Shown here piece by piece: positions 38,113 through 50,953 of a stretch of 64,000 nt of DNA. How positions within the stretch are numbered: position 1 is the first letter of the stretch; each line of letters starts with the position of its first letter. This stretch comes from an uncultured Helicobacter sp. GTDB taxonomy: Bacteria; Campylobacterota; Campylobacteria; Campylobacterales; Helicobacteraceae. A program made the position numbers and the translations under genes. The stretch spans positions 15,061-79,060 of the forward strand of contig CAYXGY010000005.1 of NCBI GenBank assembly GCA_964464895.1, given 5' to 3'. The notes beneath the pieces are model-generated. The model did not search any database, was not told the DNA's origin, and saw only the letters and a list, made by a program, of their open reading frames with translations.

Positions 38113-39529
38113 GGTTTCTAAAATTTGTTTTTATTTTATCGTGCTTGGTATTTTAGGGAGTGGGTGTTCGCTTTCACCTGCTTATGTGCAGCCACAGACA
38201 AACTTACCAGATTCCAAAGAAGTAATAGAATCTGCGGAAGAAATAAGAATTTCACAGAAATGGTGGGAAGAATTTGGAGATGATACTCTCAATCGTTTTG
38301 TGGAAGAAGCATTAAGAAACAATTATGATTTGCTTGTCGCTATGCAAAGAGTAGAACAAGCGCGTAGTCAATGGAGCTATGCAAGGAGCGACCGTTATCC
38401 TAGCATTGGTGTGCAGGGTCAAGGATTAAAGAATCGTAAAAACCCAGCGCAGGGGCAATTAGAAAATTATAATAACTTTTCTTTGAGTGCGATTCTTAAT
38501 TATGAAATTGATTTGTGGGGCAGGGCAAGGGATGCCGATAGAAGAGCCCTAGCGCAATTGTTCGCAATCAAAGCAAATCGTGATATGGTGCGTTTAAGCC
38601 TTGTAGCCAATGTCGCAGAAAGTTATTTTGGAATCCTGACACTTAATAATCAAGTACAAATTTCCAAAAATACTTTGAAAAGCCGAGAGGAAAATTACGA
38701 ATATCGTAAAAAAGAGTTTGATGTAGGTAAAATTTCAGAGATTGATATGCAGCAAGCCAAGTCTGAAATGGCAAGTGTGCGTGCGCAGTTGCAAAGTCTT
38801 TTAATGGAGCAAAATTCCGCGCAGAGTGCATTTTTGATTCTACTTGGACGCGATGGCGCAGATGTGTTTGCTAATGAGATTCCAACAGAACCACGCCCTT
38901 TACCTAATTCCCCTAGTGTGGAGGCGGGCTTGCCCTCTACTATTTTGGAAAAACGACCAGATATTGAAGCGGCAGAACAGAATCTCAAGGCAGCCAACTT
39001 TAATATTGGGATTGCTAGAAGTGCTTATTTTCCAACGATTTCATTAACGGGATTGTTTGGCTATGCTAGTCCGCAGTTGAATGAGTTGATAAGAACTTCT
39101 AATTCTACTTGGAATTTTGGGGGAAATTTCGTTGGGAATTTGCTTGATTTTGGACGCACAAGCGCAAATGTAGATTTAGCCAAATCACAATATGAAGAAA
39201 TGATTTTGAATTATGGACAGACTTTGCGCATAGCGTTTGGTGAGGTAAGAGAAAGCTTGTTTAACTATCAAATGACAGGCGAAAAATTAGTGAGTTTGGA
39301 CGAACAGGTTTTGGCATTAAAACGCACATTAGAGCTTGCAAATTTGCGCTATGAGGAGGGATATACGAATTATCTTGAGGTGCTTAATACACAAAGCTCA
39401 CTTTTTGGTGCAGAGTTAAGCCAACAAAGTGCAAAGTTAGAGACTTTAAGTGCTGCTATCAATCTCTATAAATCCTTTGGTGGTGGTTGGGACAAAGAAA
39501 CCTATCAAGAAGAACAAGCAGGAGAGTAG
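38105..39529 (+). CDS. RND efflux outer-membrane factor lipoprotein (NodT/CmeC-like)
   Basis: Start trimmed to MTRVSK... with lipobox (GSGCS). Its ATG overlaps the RND gene stop (ATGACTAG). Confidence 0.9.
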   Translation: MTRVSKICFYFIVLGILGSGCSLSPAYVQPQTNLPDSKEVIESAEEIRISQKWWEEFGDDTLNRFVEEALRNNYDLLVAMQRVEQARSQWSYARSDRYPSIGVQGQGLKNRKNPAQGQLENYNNFSLSAILNYEIDLWGRARDADRRALAQLFAIKANRDMVRLSLVANVAESYFGILTLNNQVQISKNTLKSREENYEYRKKEFDVGKISEIDMQQAKSEMASVRAQLQSLLMEQNSAQSAFLILLGRDGADVFANEIPTEPRPLPNSPSVEAGLPSTILEKRPDIEAAEQNLKAANFNIGIARSAYFPTISLTGLFGYASPQLNELIRTSNSTWNFGGNFVGNLLDFGRTSANVDLAKSQYEEMILNYGQTLRIAFGEVRESLFNYQMTGEKLVSLDEQVLALKRTLELANLRYEEGYTNYLEVLNTQSSLFGAELSQQSAKLETLSAAINLYKSFGGGWDKETYQEEQAGE

Positions 39530-39538
39530 CTTTATATG

Positions 39539-39568
39539 CTCTAAGATTCCAAAGAAAGAATCTTAGAG
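39539..39568 (+). terminator. perfect 11-bp hairpin after the efflux operon
   Basis: CTCTAAGATTC-caaagaaa-GAATCTTAGAG lies 10 nt after the OMF stop. There is no clear U-tract. Confidence 0.5.
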
Positions 39569-39670
39569 TGAGATTCTGCAAGATTGGATTGCCTTGTCAT
39601 TTTTTTAAGCAAGATTTTGTTATGCTATTTACCCAAAAAGGCAATTTGTTTGAATATTTAGGAGTTTATA

Positions 39671-40591
39671 ATGAATGAAGCAAAATCAATTTGGATGGAT
39701 GGAAAATTAGTTCCTTGGAAAGAAGCAAATGTCCATATTTTAACCCATACATTGCATTATGGAAATGGTGTATTTGAGGGCACTAGAGCTTATAAAACCG
39801 ATAAAGGTATGGCAGTTTTTCGTTTGCGTGATCATACGAAGCGACTTTTCAACTCTGCTAAAATTGTCGCAATTAGTGATATTCCTTATAGTCAAGAAGA
39901 GCTTGAGAAAGCACAAATTGAGCTGATAAAAGATAATCATTTCACAAGCAATGCTTATATTCGTCCTTTGATTTATTTAGGCTATGGTGTGATGGGAGTT
40001 TATCACAAAAAAGCCCCTGTAAAAGTAGCGATTGCCGCGTGGGAATGGGGTGCATATCTTGGAGATGATGGCTTAGAAAAAGGGATTCGCGTCAAAACCT
40101 CATCAATAGTGAGAAATCCTGCCAAATCACTTTTTGGTAAGGCAAAAGCGTGTGGAAACTATCTTAATTCCCAAATGGCAAAATTTGAAGCCATTGAGTG
40201 TGGCTATGAGGAGGCTTTGTTGCTTGATGATAATGGAATGATTGCGGAGGGAAGTGGCGAATGCTTTTTCATCGTGCGCAATGGGCGTTTGATTACTCCT
40301 CCAAGTGATAGCGTCCTAGAATCTATCACACAAGATTCTGTAATACAAATTGCAAAAGATTTAGGAATTGAAGTAGAAAGACGCAATATTACGCGTGATG
40401 AAGTCTATATTGCGGAGGAGGCGTTCTTTACAGGAACGGCTGCAGAAGTTACACCAATTTGTGAATTAGACGCACGCGTGATTGGAAGTGGCAGACGAGG
40501 AGAAATTACACATAAGCTTCAAGATGCGTTTTTTGATGTGGTTTATGGGCGCAATGAAAAATACGCTCATTGGCTAACTTATATTCACTAA
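39671..40591 (+). CDS. ilvE: branched-chain amino acid aminotransferase
   Basis: Class IV aminotransferase pattern (HYGNGVFEGTRAY, GNYLNSQ, FFTGTAAEV). Confidence 0.9.
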   Translation: MNEAKSIWMDGKLVPWKEANVHILTHTLHYGNGVFEGTRAYKTDKGMAVFRLRDHTKRLFNSAKIVAISDIPYSQEELEKAQIELIKDNHFTSNAYIRPLIYLGYGVMGVYHKKAPVKVAIAAWEWGAYLGDDGLEKGIRVKTSSIVRNPAKSLFGKAKACGNYLNSQMAKFEAIECGYEEALLLDDNGMIAEGSGECFFIVRNGRLITPPSDSVLESITQDSVIQIAKDLGIEVERRNITRDEVYIAEEAFFTGTAAEVTPICELDARVIGSGRRGEITHKLQDAFFDVVYGRNEKYAHWLTYIH

Positions 40592-40600
40592 AGGTTGTAT

Positions 40601-41689
40601 ATGCCAATTGATTTAAATGAACATCTAAGACAAAAAAATAGAAATTATAATAATTCAAATAATGAAAATAACCTAAATAATGATGGGGGAGACAATAGAA
40701 AAAATAGGAATCGTGGATTCCAAACCCCTAAAATGCCAAACTTCAGTATGCCGAATGATAAGAAAATGGCAGGATTATATGTATTGGTTATTTTTGTAGT
40801 TTTACTCTTTTTGCTTAAGCCCTTTACGATTATCAATAGTGGTGAAGTGGGTGTAAAAATCACCACAGGGGAGTTCGACCCAACTCCATTACAGCCGGGC
40901 ATTCATTTTTATATTCCGGGTATTCAAAGAATTATTGCTGTCAATACAAAAGTAAGAATTGCAGAATTTACAAGTGTAGAGACCTCAAACTATCGTAGCC
41001 GTGATGAGGGGAGCTTAAGGAATCAAGCCATTAGCGTGTTGGATTCTAGGGGTTTATCTGTGTCCGTAGAACTTGCGGTGCAGTATCGCTTAGACCCTTT
41101 GAGTGTGCCTCAAACCATTGCCACTTGGGGACAAAATTGGGAAGAGCGAATCATTACACCTGTGATTCGTGAAATCGTGCGCAATGTTGTAGGAAGTTTC
41201 CCAGCAGAGGAATTACCTACAAAACGAAATGAAATTGCGACACTCATTGACCAAAAATTCCGTGAAAATATCAATGGACTTGAAAATCGCCCCGTAGAGT
41301 TAGTCTCTATCCAATTAACCGAAATCGTGTTGCCTGTTGCGATTAAAGAACAGATTGAACGCGTGCAAGTTGCGCGTCAAGAAGCAGAACGCGCGAGATA
41401 TGAAGTTGAGAGAGCGAAACAAGAAGCAGAGAAAAAAGCTGCTCTTGCCAAAGGGGTTGCCGATGCGACGATTATTGAAGCAGATGCACAAGCCAAAGCG
41501 AATCGCTTGATTAGTCAAAGTCTCAATTCCCCACTTTTACAATTGCGCCAGATTGAAGTGCAAGGAAAATTTAACGAAGCCTTGCAAAACAATCGCGATG
41601 CGAAGATTTTTTTAACACCAGGTGGAGCAACACCAAATATTTGGTTAGATTCTAAAGATACACAACGCGCAACTTCTGTGAGCAACTAA
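40601..41689 (+). CDS. SPFH/band-7 (prohibitin-like) membrane protein with an Asn-rich N-terminus
   Basis: One TM followed by an SPFH domain (INSGEVGVKITTGEF...) and a C-terminal coiled coil rich in A/E/R/K. Confidence 0.8.
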   Translation: MPIDLNEHLRQKNRNYNNSNNENNLNNDGGDNRKNRNRGFQTPKMPNFSMPNDKKMAGLYVLVIFVVLLFLLKPFTIINSGEVGVKITTGEFDPTPLQPGIHFYIPGIQRIIAVNTKVRIAEFTSVETSNYRSRDEGSLRNQAISVLDSRGLSVSVELAVQYRLDPLSVPQTIATWGQNWEERIITPVIREIVRNVVGSFPAEELPTKRNEIATLIDQKFRENINGLENRPVELVSIQLTEIVLPVAIKEQIERVQVARQEAERARYEVERAKQEAEKKAALAKGVADATIIEADAQAKANRLISQSLNSPLLQLRQIEVQGKFNEALQNNRDAKIFLTPGGATPNIWLDSKDTQRATSVSN

Positions 41690-41699
41690 GGAATCTTAA

Positions 41700-42413
41700 G
41701 TGCAAGCAATTCTTAAGCAAATTGCGTGGAAAAAACTCAATGGTTTGATTCCTGTGATTGCGCAAGATTACAAAACACAAGAAGTTTTAATGCTTGCCTT
41801 TATGAATCAAGAAGCTTTAAATTTGAGTTTGCAAAGTGGATTTGCTCATTACTTTTCACGTTCTAAACAACGTATTTGGAAAAAGGGTGAGCAAAGCGGA
41901 CACACACAAAAGATTCATAAAATTTTGTTAGATTGTGATAAAGATAGTTTGCTTTTAAAGGTTGAGCAAAAGGGTATAGCGTGCCATACAGGTGCAAAAA
42001 GTTGCTTTTTTAATTGTATCGAACAAGAAAGCATTGTGGAGGATTCCGCTTCATCTCCCAAAACAGATATGAGTGCAGTTTATGGAGTAGTAGATACACT
42101 CTATCATACCTTACAAATGCGCAAAAATGCTGATTCCAAGACTTCTTACACCGCCTCACTTTATGCTAAGGGAGAAAATACGATTGCTAAAAAAATCGTT
42201 GAAGAGGCTGCAGAACTTGGGTTTGCTATCAAAGATAAAGATTCCAAAGAAATTATTTATGAGGCGGCAGATTTGCTTTATCACGCGCTTGTAGGGCTTA
42301 GCTTTAGAGAGATTTCCCCTGATTTAGTCAAACAAGAGATTGCACGTCGCTTCGGTTTGAGTGGAATTGAGGAAAAAAATTCACGCAAGGAAAATAAAAA
42401 GGTTTCAAATTAG
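41700..42413 (+). CDS. hisIE: bifunctional phosphoribosyl-AMP cyclohydrolase / phosphoribosyl-ATP pyrophosphatase
   Basis: HisI part (IPVIAQD..., RIWKKGEQSGH, CHTGAKSCFF) followed by the HisE part (AKKIVEEAAEL, EAADLLYH). Confidence 0.9.
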   Translation: MQAILKQIAWKKLNGLIPVIAQDYKTQEVLMLAFMNQEALNLSLQSGFAHYFSRSKQRIWKKGEQSGHTQKIHKILLDCDKDSLLLKVEQKGIACHTGAKSCFFNCIEQESIVEDSASSPKTDMSAVYGVVDTLYHTLQMRKNADSKTSYTASLYAKGENTIAKKIVEEAAELGFAIKDKDSKEIIYEAADLLYHALVGLSFREISPDLVKQEIARRFGLSGIEEKNSRKENKKVSN

Positions 42414-42416
42414 GTT

Positions 42417-42950
42417 ATGAATGAAATGAGAAATTATTTGATGGCATTATTGGATACTGCAAATTATTTTTCTCTGCCTGATTATTTAGTGCTTAGCTGT
42501 ATTTTTCTTGCAATTTTATTATTCTTTCTCTTAAGTGTTGCGTTTCGGTTTAATGCGTTGGTTGCAAGCTTGACTTTTGTGATTAGTGGAATCTTGCTTT
42601 TTGGCTCTCCCTTCTTGTATCAAACGATGATGGAATCTTATCTCAAACAAATAGACCTCACGCTTTTTCATAATGAGAAATTGCAATACGATGATGTATA
42701 TTTTATTGAGGGACAATTTACTAATGTGGGTTTATTAGACTTCAGAGGTTGTGTATTGAGTGTGAATTTTATCCCCGCAGGACTTAAGAAAGCAAAACTT
42801 CTCAAATATAAAATCAAGCCCAAATTCCTTCATATAGAAAATTATAAAACCCCACTAAAAAAGTTAGAATCTATGGAGTTTAAATTGATTATTCCCTCGC
42901 CACAAGCCAATGCGAATTTTACTTTAGAAACCAAAGGGGCGTGTTATTAG
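42417..42950 (+). CDS. membrane protein of unknown function
   Basis: 177 aa with two N-terminal TM segments. Confidence 0.45.
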   Translation: MNEMRNYLMALLDTANYFSLPDYLVLSCIFLAILLFFLLSVAFRFNALVASLTFVISGILLFGSPFLYQTMMESYLKQIDLTLFHNEKLQYDDVYFIEGQFTNVGLLDFRGCVLSVNFIPAGLKKAKLLKYKIKPKFLHIENYKTPLKKLESMEFKLIIPSPQANANFTLETKGACY

Positions 42951-42952
42951 AG

Positions 42953-43882
42953 ATGAAAATTGCAATCAGTGTCGGAGATTGTAACGGGATAGGATTAGAG
43001 ATTCTACTAAAAAACCACAAGACAATTTCTAAAGTTTGCACTCCTCTTTATTGTGTGGATAAACCTTTATTGCAAGAAGTTGCCAAAAAACTCAAGAGGA
43101 AGTTACCTAAACACTTAAGGTGTATTCCGCCAAATGCGAAGATTCCGCTCATCGCTCCTGCAAAAATTACCCAAGAAAGCGGAACTTACTCTTATGCTAG
43201 TTTTTTGAGTGCTTTGAATCTAACGCTTCAAAAAAAGACAAAAGCACTTGTTACTCTGCCAATCCACAAAAAAGCTTGGCAATTAGCAGGGATTCCTTAT
43301 GCGGGGCATACAGAAGCTTTCCGTGATTTATTAAAATCAAAAGACAAGCCACAGGAAGCCATAATGATGTTAGGTTCGCCTAAACTTTATGTCGCGCTTT
43401 TTACTGACCATATTCCACTGAAATGTGTTCCGCAATCTATTGAGGTAGAATCGCTAAAGAAATTTTTGCTTCAACTCGCCCCCCATATCACTAAATCCCC
43501 CTGTGGCGTGCTTGGACTAAACCCCCACGCAGGAGATTTTGGCGTATTAGGTGATGAAGAAGAGCAGATTACACAAGCCATTAAAGAAGCCAATGCCACG
43601 CTCAATCAAACACTTTTTGTAGGACCGCTTGTGCCTGATACTGTATTTGTCGGCAGACATTTGCGTTATTATGTCGCAATGTATCACGACCAAGGCTTGA
43701 TTCCACTTAAAACATTGTATTTTAAAGAAAGCATTAATTTAACACTCAATTTACCCATTATTCGCACCTCCGTTGATCACGGTACTGCCTTTGATATTGC
43801 CTACCAAAACAAAGCGGATTCTACAAGTTATCTTAACGCAGTAAAAGAAGCGATTTTTCGTGTTAAAGTGCGCAATCAGTAG
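42953..43882 (+). CDS. pdxA: 4-hydroxythreonine-4-phosphate dehydrogenase
   Basis: MKIAISVGDCNGIG start, with GHTE, NPHAGD and TSVDHGTAFD motifs. Confidence 0.9.
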   Translation: MKIAISVGDCNGIGLEILLKNHKTISKVCTPLYCVDKPLLQEVAKKLKRKLPKHLRCIPPNAKIPLIAPAKITQESGTYSYASFLSALNLTLQKKTKALVTLPIHKKAWQLAGIPYAGHTEAFRDLLKSKDKPQEAIMMLGSPKLYVALFTDHIPLKCVPQSIEVESLKKFLLQLAPHITKSPCGVLGLNPHAGDFGVLGDEEEQITQAIKEANATLNQTLFVGPLVPDTVFVGRHLRYYVAMYHDQGLIPLKTLYFKESINLTLNLPIIRTSVDHGTAFDIAYQNKADSTSYLNAVKEAIFRVKVRNQ

Positions 43883-43991
43883 AGATTCTACAAAGTTAAA
43901 TGTTTTTGCTAGGACTTTAAATTTAACCACTTTTCAACAAAACTTCCCTATAATTCCAAAATTTTTATAATCCATTGTGCGGGAGGTTTGA

Positions 43992-46800
<2,809 letters not shown>

Positions 46801-46810
46801 AGAAAAAGTA

Positions 46811-47146
46811 ATGGCAAAGTTGCTTTTTGGTTATAGTTTGTATCACGCAAGCACGCAAGATTATGAGGCAATCTTGACGAAGTTGCGGGCAGAGTTTGCT
46901 GTAAATAAGCCAGAACTCTATTTGAATAATCCAGAATATTTACTCTTTACCCCGACAAGTGCGGAGTGGCAAAAAGAAATTGTAACGTTGATTGCAAAAT
47001 TAAAGGCATTTATGAATGCAGAAATAGAATGTTTGCGCAATAATGGAAGTAATGCACATATCGTCTATCGCTTCGGAATCCTAGAAATGGAAAGTGCGTT
47101 TTTTCAATTCCCGCCAGATTTAGACGATGATGAGGAAGAATCTTGA
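46811..47146 (+). CDS. hypothetical protein with an acidic C-terminus
   Basis: 111-aa ORF close behind guaB. I recognise no motif. Confidence 0.45.
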   Translation: MAKLLFGYSLYHASTQDYEAILTKLRAEFAVNKPELYLNNPEYLLFTPTSAEWQKEIVTLIAKLKAFMNAEIECLRNNGSNAHIVYRFGILEMESAFFQFPPDLDDDEEES

Positions 47147-47866
47147 ATTTTTCTGTATGATTCTTTATGGAGTAAATAATCTAAAATTTGCAAGCAATCA
47201 TATTGGTGTGTTTTGCTCAAAAGTCCAAAGATTCTAAATATTTGTATGAAAATTATAATATTTTCTTTGGTTATTTCTAAGTAACCACATTCATTGCTTT
47301 GAATATTTCTGCCAATAAAGCTTTGGTTGTTAGCATCTTTTAGACTGCTTAATGCAATACAGAAATATAGCATTGGCATTGTGCCCACTGCAAATTGCTT
47401 CTCACGCACAATAATTTCACAAAGTAAATCATTATTTTGAAATCTGTGTATCAGTAAAGGATAGCTTACATTTGCTTTTAAAAATTCTATGCCGTTGAGA
47501 TTATCATTCACAAAGTTAGTCCTTGTTATTTTTTCTTTTTGCTCTATAAAATCTTGATAATTTGCTATGCTAGTTTGTAATTCCGCAATATTCTTATGAG
47601 TTATCCATTTTTCATATAATGCAAAATCTAAAAACTCACTCAATTCATAAATTTGTTTTGTTTTTCCATTTGCGCCGATAAAATGATAAATTTCATTTGC
47701 TTACAACCTTGTCATAGCCTATTTGCCATTCAATGTAGTGCTTGGGCGTCATAATGGTTTGTGTCGGTGCGACAGGGATACCATAATCACTAAAGGCAAA
47801 TCTCTCTTTAATCCGAATTTTGCCCATAGCTTTGCTAAGGGGGAAGGAGTATCTTAGGCTATTCAT
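47104..47866 (-). pseudogene. frameshifted ORF translationally coupled to the 47863-48906 methyltransferase; probable inactivated restriction endonuclease
   Basis: The ATG at 47866 overlaps the methyltransferase TGA in an ATGA junction. A 57-aa frame (MNSLRYSF...YDKVVSK) stops at 47693. The 179-aa frame is already open from 47700 (ANEIYHFIGANGKTKQIYE-LSEFLDF...), so a 1-nt shift in 47693-47700 would fuse them into about 250 aa. Confidence 0.35.
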
Positions 47867-48906
47867 ACATATTCCTTAAACAAGGTTTCAAAATATTTTT
47901 GCACGTGCGTATTGGGTGTGGAATCCATAAAGGCATCTGAAATTTTTAGAAATTCCTCGTGATTAATAAAAACATCTAAATTACCAAAGTAATAAGGAAG
48001 CTTGTCGGCGAATTTCTTAAAGTGATGAATGTAATAGTAGTATTGTATGTTATCTTGAAATACGCGAATAGAATTTGCGCTACATTTTGTCATAAAGGTT
48101 TGATTGCGTTTGAGCGCATTAATATCTCGTAAGGTGTGGAAATAAGCGATTTCTTTACGCTCATCTTTCGGGTTTGGATACTTGGCAACATAATTACCAA
48201 TAAAATCAAAATCGTTTAATCGTAGCTTTTGCCCGCTATCTGTGCTAAATTGGTAATTTTTAATAAAATCATAATCCATTCCCTGAGGATTCCTTGCATA
48301 GAGAGCGATAATAATAGGGAAAAAGGTTTTAGAATGGGGCGTAAAAACCTCCGAACTAATGATAAGGCTATCAAGCAGAGCATATTGCTCTTTAAAAAAT
48401 CTTAATGCTTTGAAATTACTCTCCTTAATCAAATATGAGAGTGGGTGAAGCACACAGATAAAATCTGGTTTTAAAAGGGCATAGGAACGCAAAAATGAGA
48501 TTCCTAAATCCCTGTGAGCAAGATTTTCATCTACGTTAAAGAGTTGCTGTTTAATGTTGTTGTTAATAATAGAGGTTTTGTCGTTATAGGGAGGGTTTCC
48601 AATGATAATGAGGTTTTCATTTTCGGGGATTCTAAATTTACGCCGAGAAACACTTAAAAGAGAATTTGTTGCAATTGTGCGGATTTTAGAATTGACTTTT
48701 TGTAAGGCAATCTCATCTATATCTGCACCTAAATAGTGATAATCACCAATGAAAAAATCTCCATAGCCACAAGCATTATCAAAGAGTAAAAAGTCCTTAA
48801 GATTTACTCTTTTTTGTAACAACTCATAGGCTTTTTGGACAATTTTTTTGGGCGTATAAAATGAACCAAGATTAACAGCTTGTTCTTTGGTTAGGTGTTT
48901 TTGCAT
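47863..48906 (-). CDS. N6-adenine DNA methyltransferase, gamma class
   Basis: GSFYTPKKIV (motif X), DNACGYGDFF (motif I) and IIGNPPYN (motif IV). Confidence 0.85.
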   Translation of the reverse strand: MQKHLTKEQAVNLGSFYTPKKIVQKAYELLQKRVNLKDFLLFDNACGYGDFFIGDYHYLGADIDEIALQKVNSKIRTIATNSLLSVSRRKFRIPENENLIIIGNPPYNDKTSIINNNIKQQLFNVDENLAHRDLGISFLRSYALLKPDFICVLHPLSYLIKESNFKALRFFKEQYALLDSLIISSEVFTPHSKTFFPIIIALYARNPQGMDYDFIKNYQFSTDSGQKLRLNDFDFIGNYVAKYPNPKDERKEIAYFHTLRDINALKRNQTFMTKCSANSIRVFQDNIQYYYYIHHFKKFADKLPYYFGNLDVFINHEEFLKISDAFMDSTPNTHVQKYFETLFKEYV

Positions 48907-48925
48907 TCTTCTAATTTCCTAAATT

Positions 48926-49975
48926 TTACAAACTCTCAAAGTCATCTTTTAGATTTTCATAATGTCTATTTTTAATAATGTCTGGTAGTTCCTTTACAGA
49001 GGGAAATTCCTCTGTAATCTCCAAACAAAGTGTTTCAAGTAGCTTATTCCCAAGTAAATTAGCATATTTACCGCGCATTGCTTTTTCATACCAAGCAATC
49101 AAATCAGATTCTGTAATGATGCTTTGAATTTTATTTTTCCAACCTATTTGTGTAAGCAAGGATAAAATGACAGACTTTTCTGCTTCTTTGCACATTATTA
49201 CGATTCTATCGCTATTAAGGTTGGTTACGATATTTTCTGCTAATTCTATGTCTAAACTTAAATGTTTAATCTGTATTGCAATTCCCCAATTTGCATACAT
49301 ATCAAGTCCTCTATCTGCGGCATTGGTTACCCCAACCCTATAAATACGAGCCCTTTGAGTGTGATAAAGATGATTAGTATCAAGGCGCATTATAGACTTA
49401 GTAAAGTCCTCAAATTCTTGTAAAAGCTCTAATTTATCTTGATTGATTGAAAGAGTAACGCTTAATTCTAGACTTTGTGCTAATGTATCAAAAAGAGAAT
49501 GTGTAATAATCTCATAGATTTTATCCAAGCTACGTTTTAATCCAGTTTCACGCCAAAATAGGTTAATAAAATGGGAGATTTCAAAATTTTCTTTATCTAT
49601 ATTCAAGCAATAATTGAGTGCATTATTAAGTTGTGTGTATTTTCTAATAAATTTATTATAGACATAACTTTCAACTGTTCCATTGGATTTTTTATTAAAT
49701 CTGCCTAATTCCGCTATGAATTTAGGCGGAATCGCATTAAATAAATCATCTTGGAATTTTGCTGAACTTGTAGAGATTCTACCAAGTAGCGCAATACAAA
49801 CTTCATCTCTCCAAGATTTACTTTTGGTTCTGTATGTTTCAAGGTCATCTAAATCTATATCGCCAAAAATTCTATCGCGATAAAGAATTTCTGCTATTTG
49901 AATGGGTTTATATAAATGAATTCTTGATTTTGTAATCACTTTGTCTAAAGCATTTTTTGCTTCTCTAATTAACAT
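48926..49975 (-). CDS. Type II restriction endonuclease candidate, partner of the C5 methyltransferase (possibly HaeII-family)
   Basis: 349 aa, overlapping the methyltransferase gene by 11 nt on the same strand. The N-terminal SRIHLYKPIQIAEILY resembles what I recall of HaeII-family enzymes; this is unverified recall. Confidence 0.5.
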   Translation of the reverse strand: MLIREAKNALDKVITKSRIHLYKPIQIAEILYRDRIFGDIDLDDLETYRTKSKSWRDEVCIALLGRISTSSAKFQDDLFNAIPPKFIAELGRFNKKSNGTVESYVYNKFIRKYTQLNNALNYCLNIDKENFEISHFINLFWRETGLKRSLDKIYEIITHSLFDTLAQSLELSVTLSINQDKLELLQEFEDFTKSIMRLDTNHLYHTQRARIYRVGVTNAADRGLDMYANWGIAIQIKHLSLDIELAENIVTNLNSDRIVIMCKEAEKSVILSLLTQIGWKNKIQSIITESDLIAWYEKAMRGKYANLLGNKLLETLCLEITEEFPSVKELPDIIKNRHYENLKDDFESL

Positions 49976-50918
49976 ACTTTTCCTTAAGGCGGTTTTGTAA
50001 TGCTTTTAGCATTTCTCTTGCTACCGCTTCTATTACAGGTATGGCTACACTATTACCTGCTTGTTGTTTGATTTGTGTATAAGAGCTTATAATTTTGTAG
50101 CTTTCTGGAAATCCTTGCAAGCGTAGCATTTCTCGTTCTGTTAGCCTTCTCTCGTTATTTACTAAAAGATAATTTGCTGAAGCACCAGCTCTAAGAGCAC
50201 AAGAAAAATGATGAGGAGTAATAGAACCACCTACATTTTCGTGAGTAATATAAGGTTTAGCAATAGTTTTTTTCATTCGTTTTTGCCTTGATTGCTTAAT
50301 GGAATCTTTCACATAATATTTTTTATCTACATTGGATTCTAAAACATATTCAAGTGTCCTTTTGTGATTTATTGGGAAGGGAAAGACAAAATCAACTTGT
50401 TCTTTAAAGCCACAAATAATAATTCTTTCTCGTTTTTGTGGGAGTCCAAAATCAAGCGCATTTAATACTTTACTATAAACAGAATAGCCTAAAGACTGTA
50501 AATGTGCCAGGATAGTTTTAAAAGTATGTCCTTGATTATGAGCTGTGAGGTTACGTACGTTTTCTAACATAAAAGCTTTGGGTTGTTTATCTTTTAAGAT
50601 TCTTTCAATTTCAAAAAATAGTGTTCCCTGCGTTTCGTGTTTAAAACCCTCTTTGTCTCCTATAATACTAAAAGGTTGGCAAGGAAAACCTGCCAAAAGT
50701 ATGTCAAAGTTTGGAATTTCATTAGAATTAATTTTAGTAATATCTCCTTTGGGGTATTCGCCAAAATTTGCAAAGTAGGTTTTAGCTGCTTCTTTATTCC
50801 ATTCTGATGAAAATACGCAAATTCCACCCACCTTTTCAAATCCTAGCCGAATCCCACCAATTCCAGCAAACAAATCGACAAAGGTAAAATGGTTTTGATT
50901 CTCGTAAATATCTTTCAA
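49965..50918 (-). CDS. DNA (cytosine-5)-methyltransferase
   Basis: Motif I FVDLFAGIGGIRLGF, IV GFPCQPFS, VI MLENVRNL, VIII QKRERIIICG, X AGNSVAIPV. Confidence 0.95.
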   Translation of the reverse strand: MKDIYENQNHFTFVDLFAGIGGIRLGFEKVGGICVFSSEWNKEAAKTYFANFGEYPKGDITKINSNEIPNFDILLAGFPCQPFSIIGDKEGFKHETQGTLFFEIERILKDKQPKAFMLENVRNLTAHNQGHTFKTILAHLQSLGYSVYSKVLNALDFGLPQKRERIIICGFKEQVDFVFPFPINHKRTLEYVLESNVDKKYYVKDSIKQSRQKRMKKTIAKPYITHENVGGSITPHHFSCALRAGASANYLLVNNERRLTEREMLRLQGFPESYKIISSYTQIKQQAGNSVAIPVIEAVAREMLKALQNRLKEKYVN

Positions 50919-50953
50919 TATTTTGCCTTTTTAGTATAATAGCAATTCTATTT

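Noticed and set aside
33387-39570. The RND efflux operon as a tRNA-linked genomic island.
   Set aside because: I found no repeat of the tRNA-Arg 3' end downstream of the operon (39530-39670) and no integrase gene. MFP-RND-OMF operons are core in Campylobacter and Helicobacter.
47650-47700. GANGKT in the frameshifted ORF as a Walker A motif.
   Set aside because: The spacing is G-x-x-G-K-T rather than G-x4-G-K-[ST], and I saw no Walker B.
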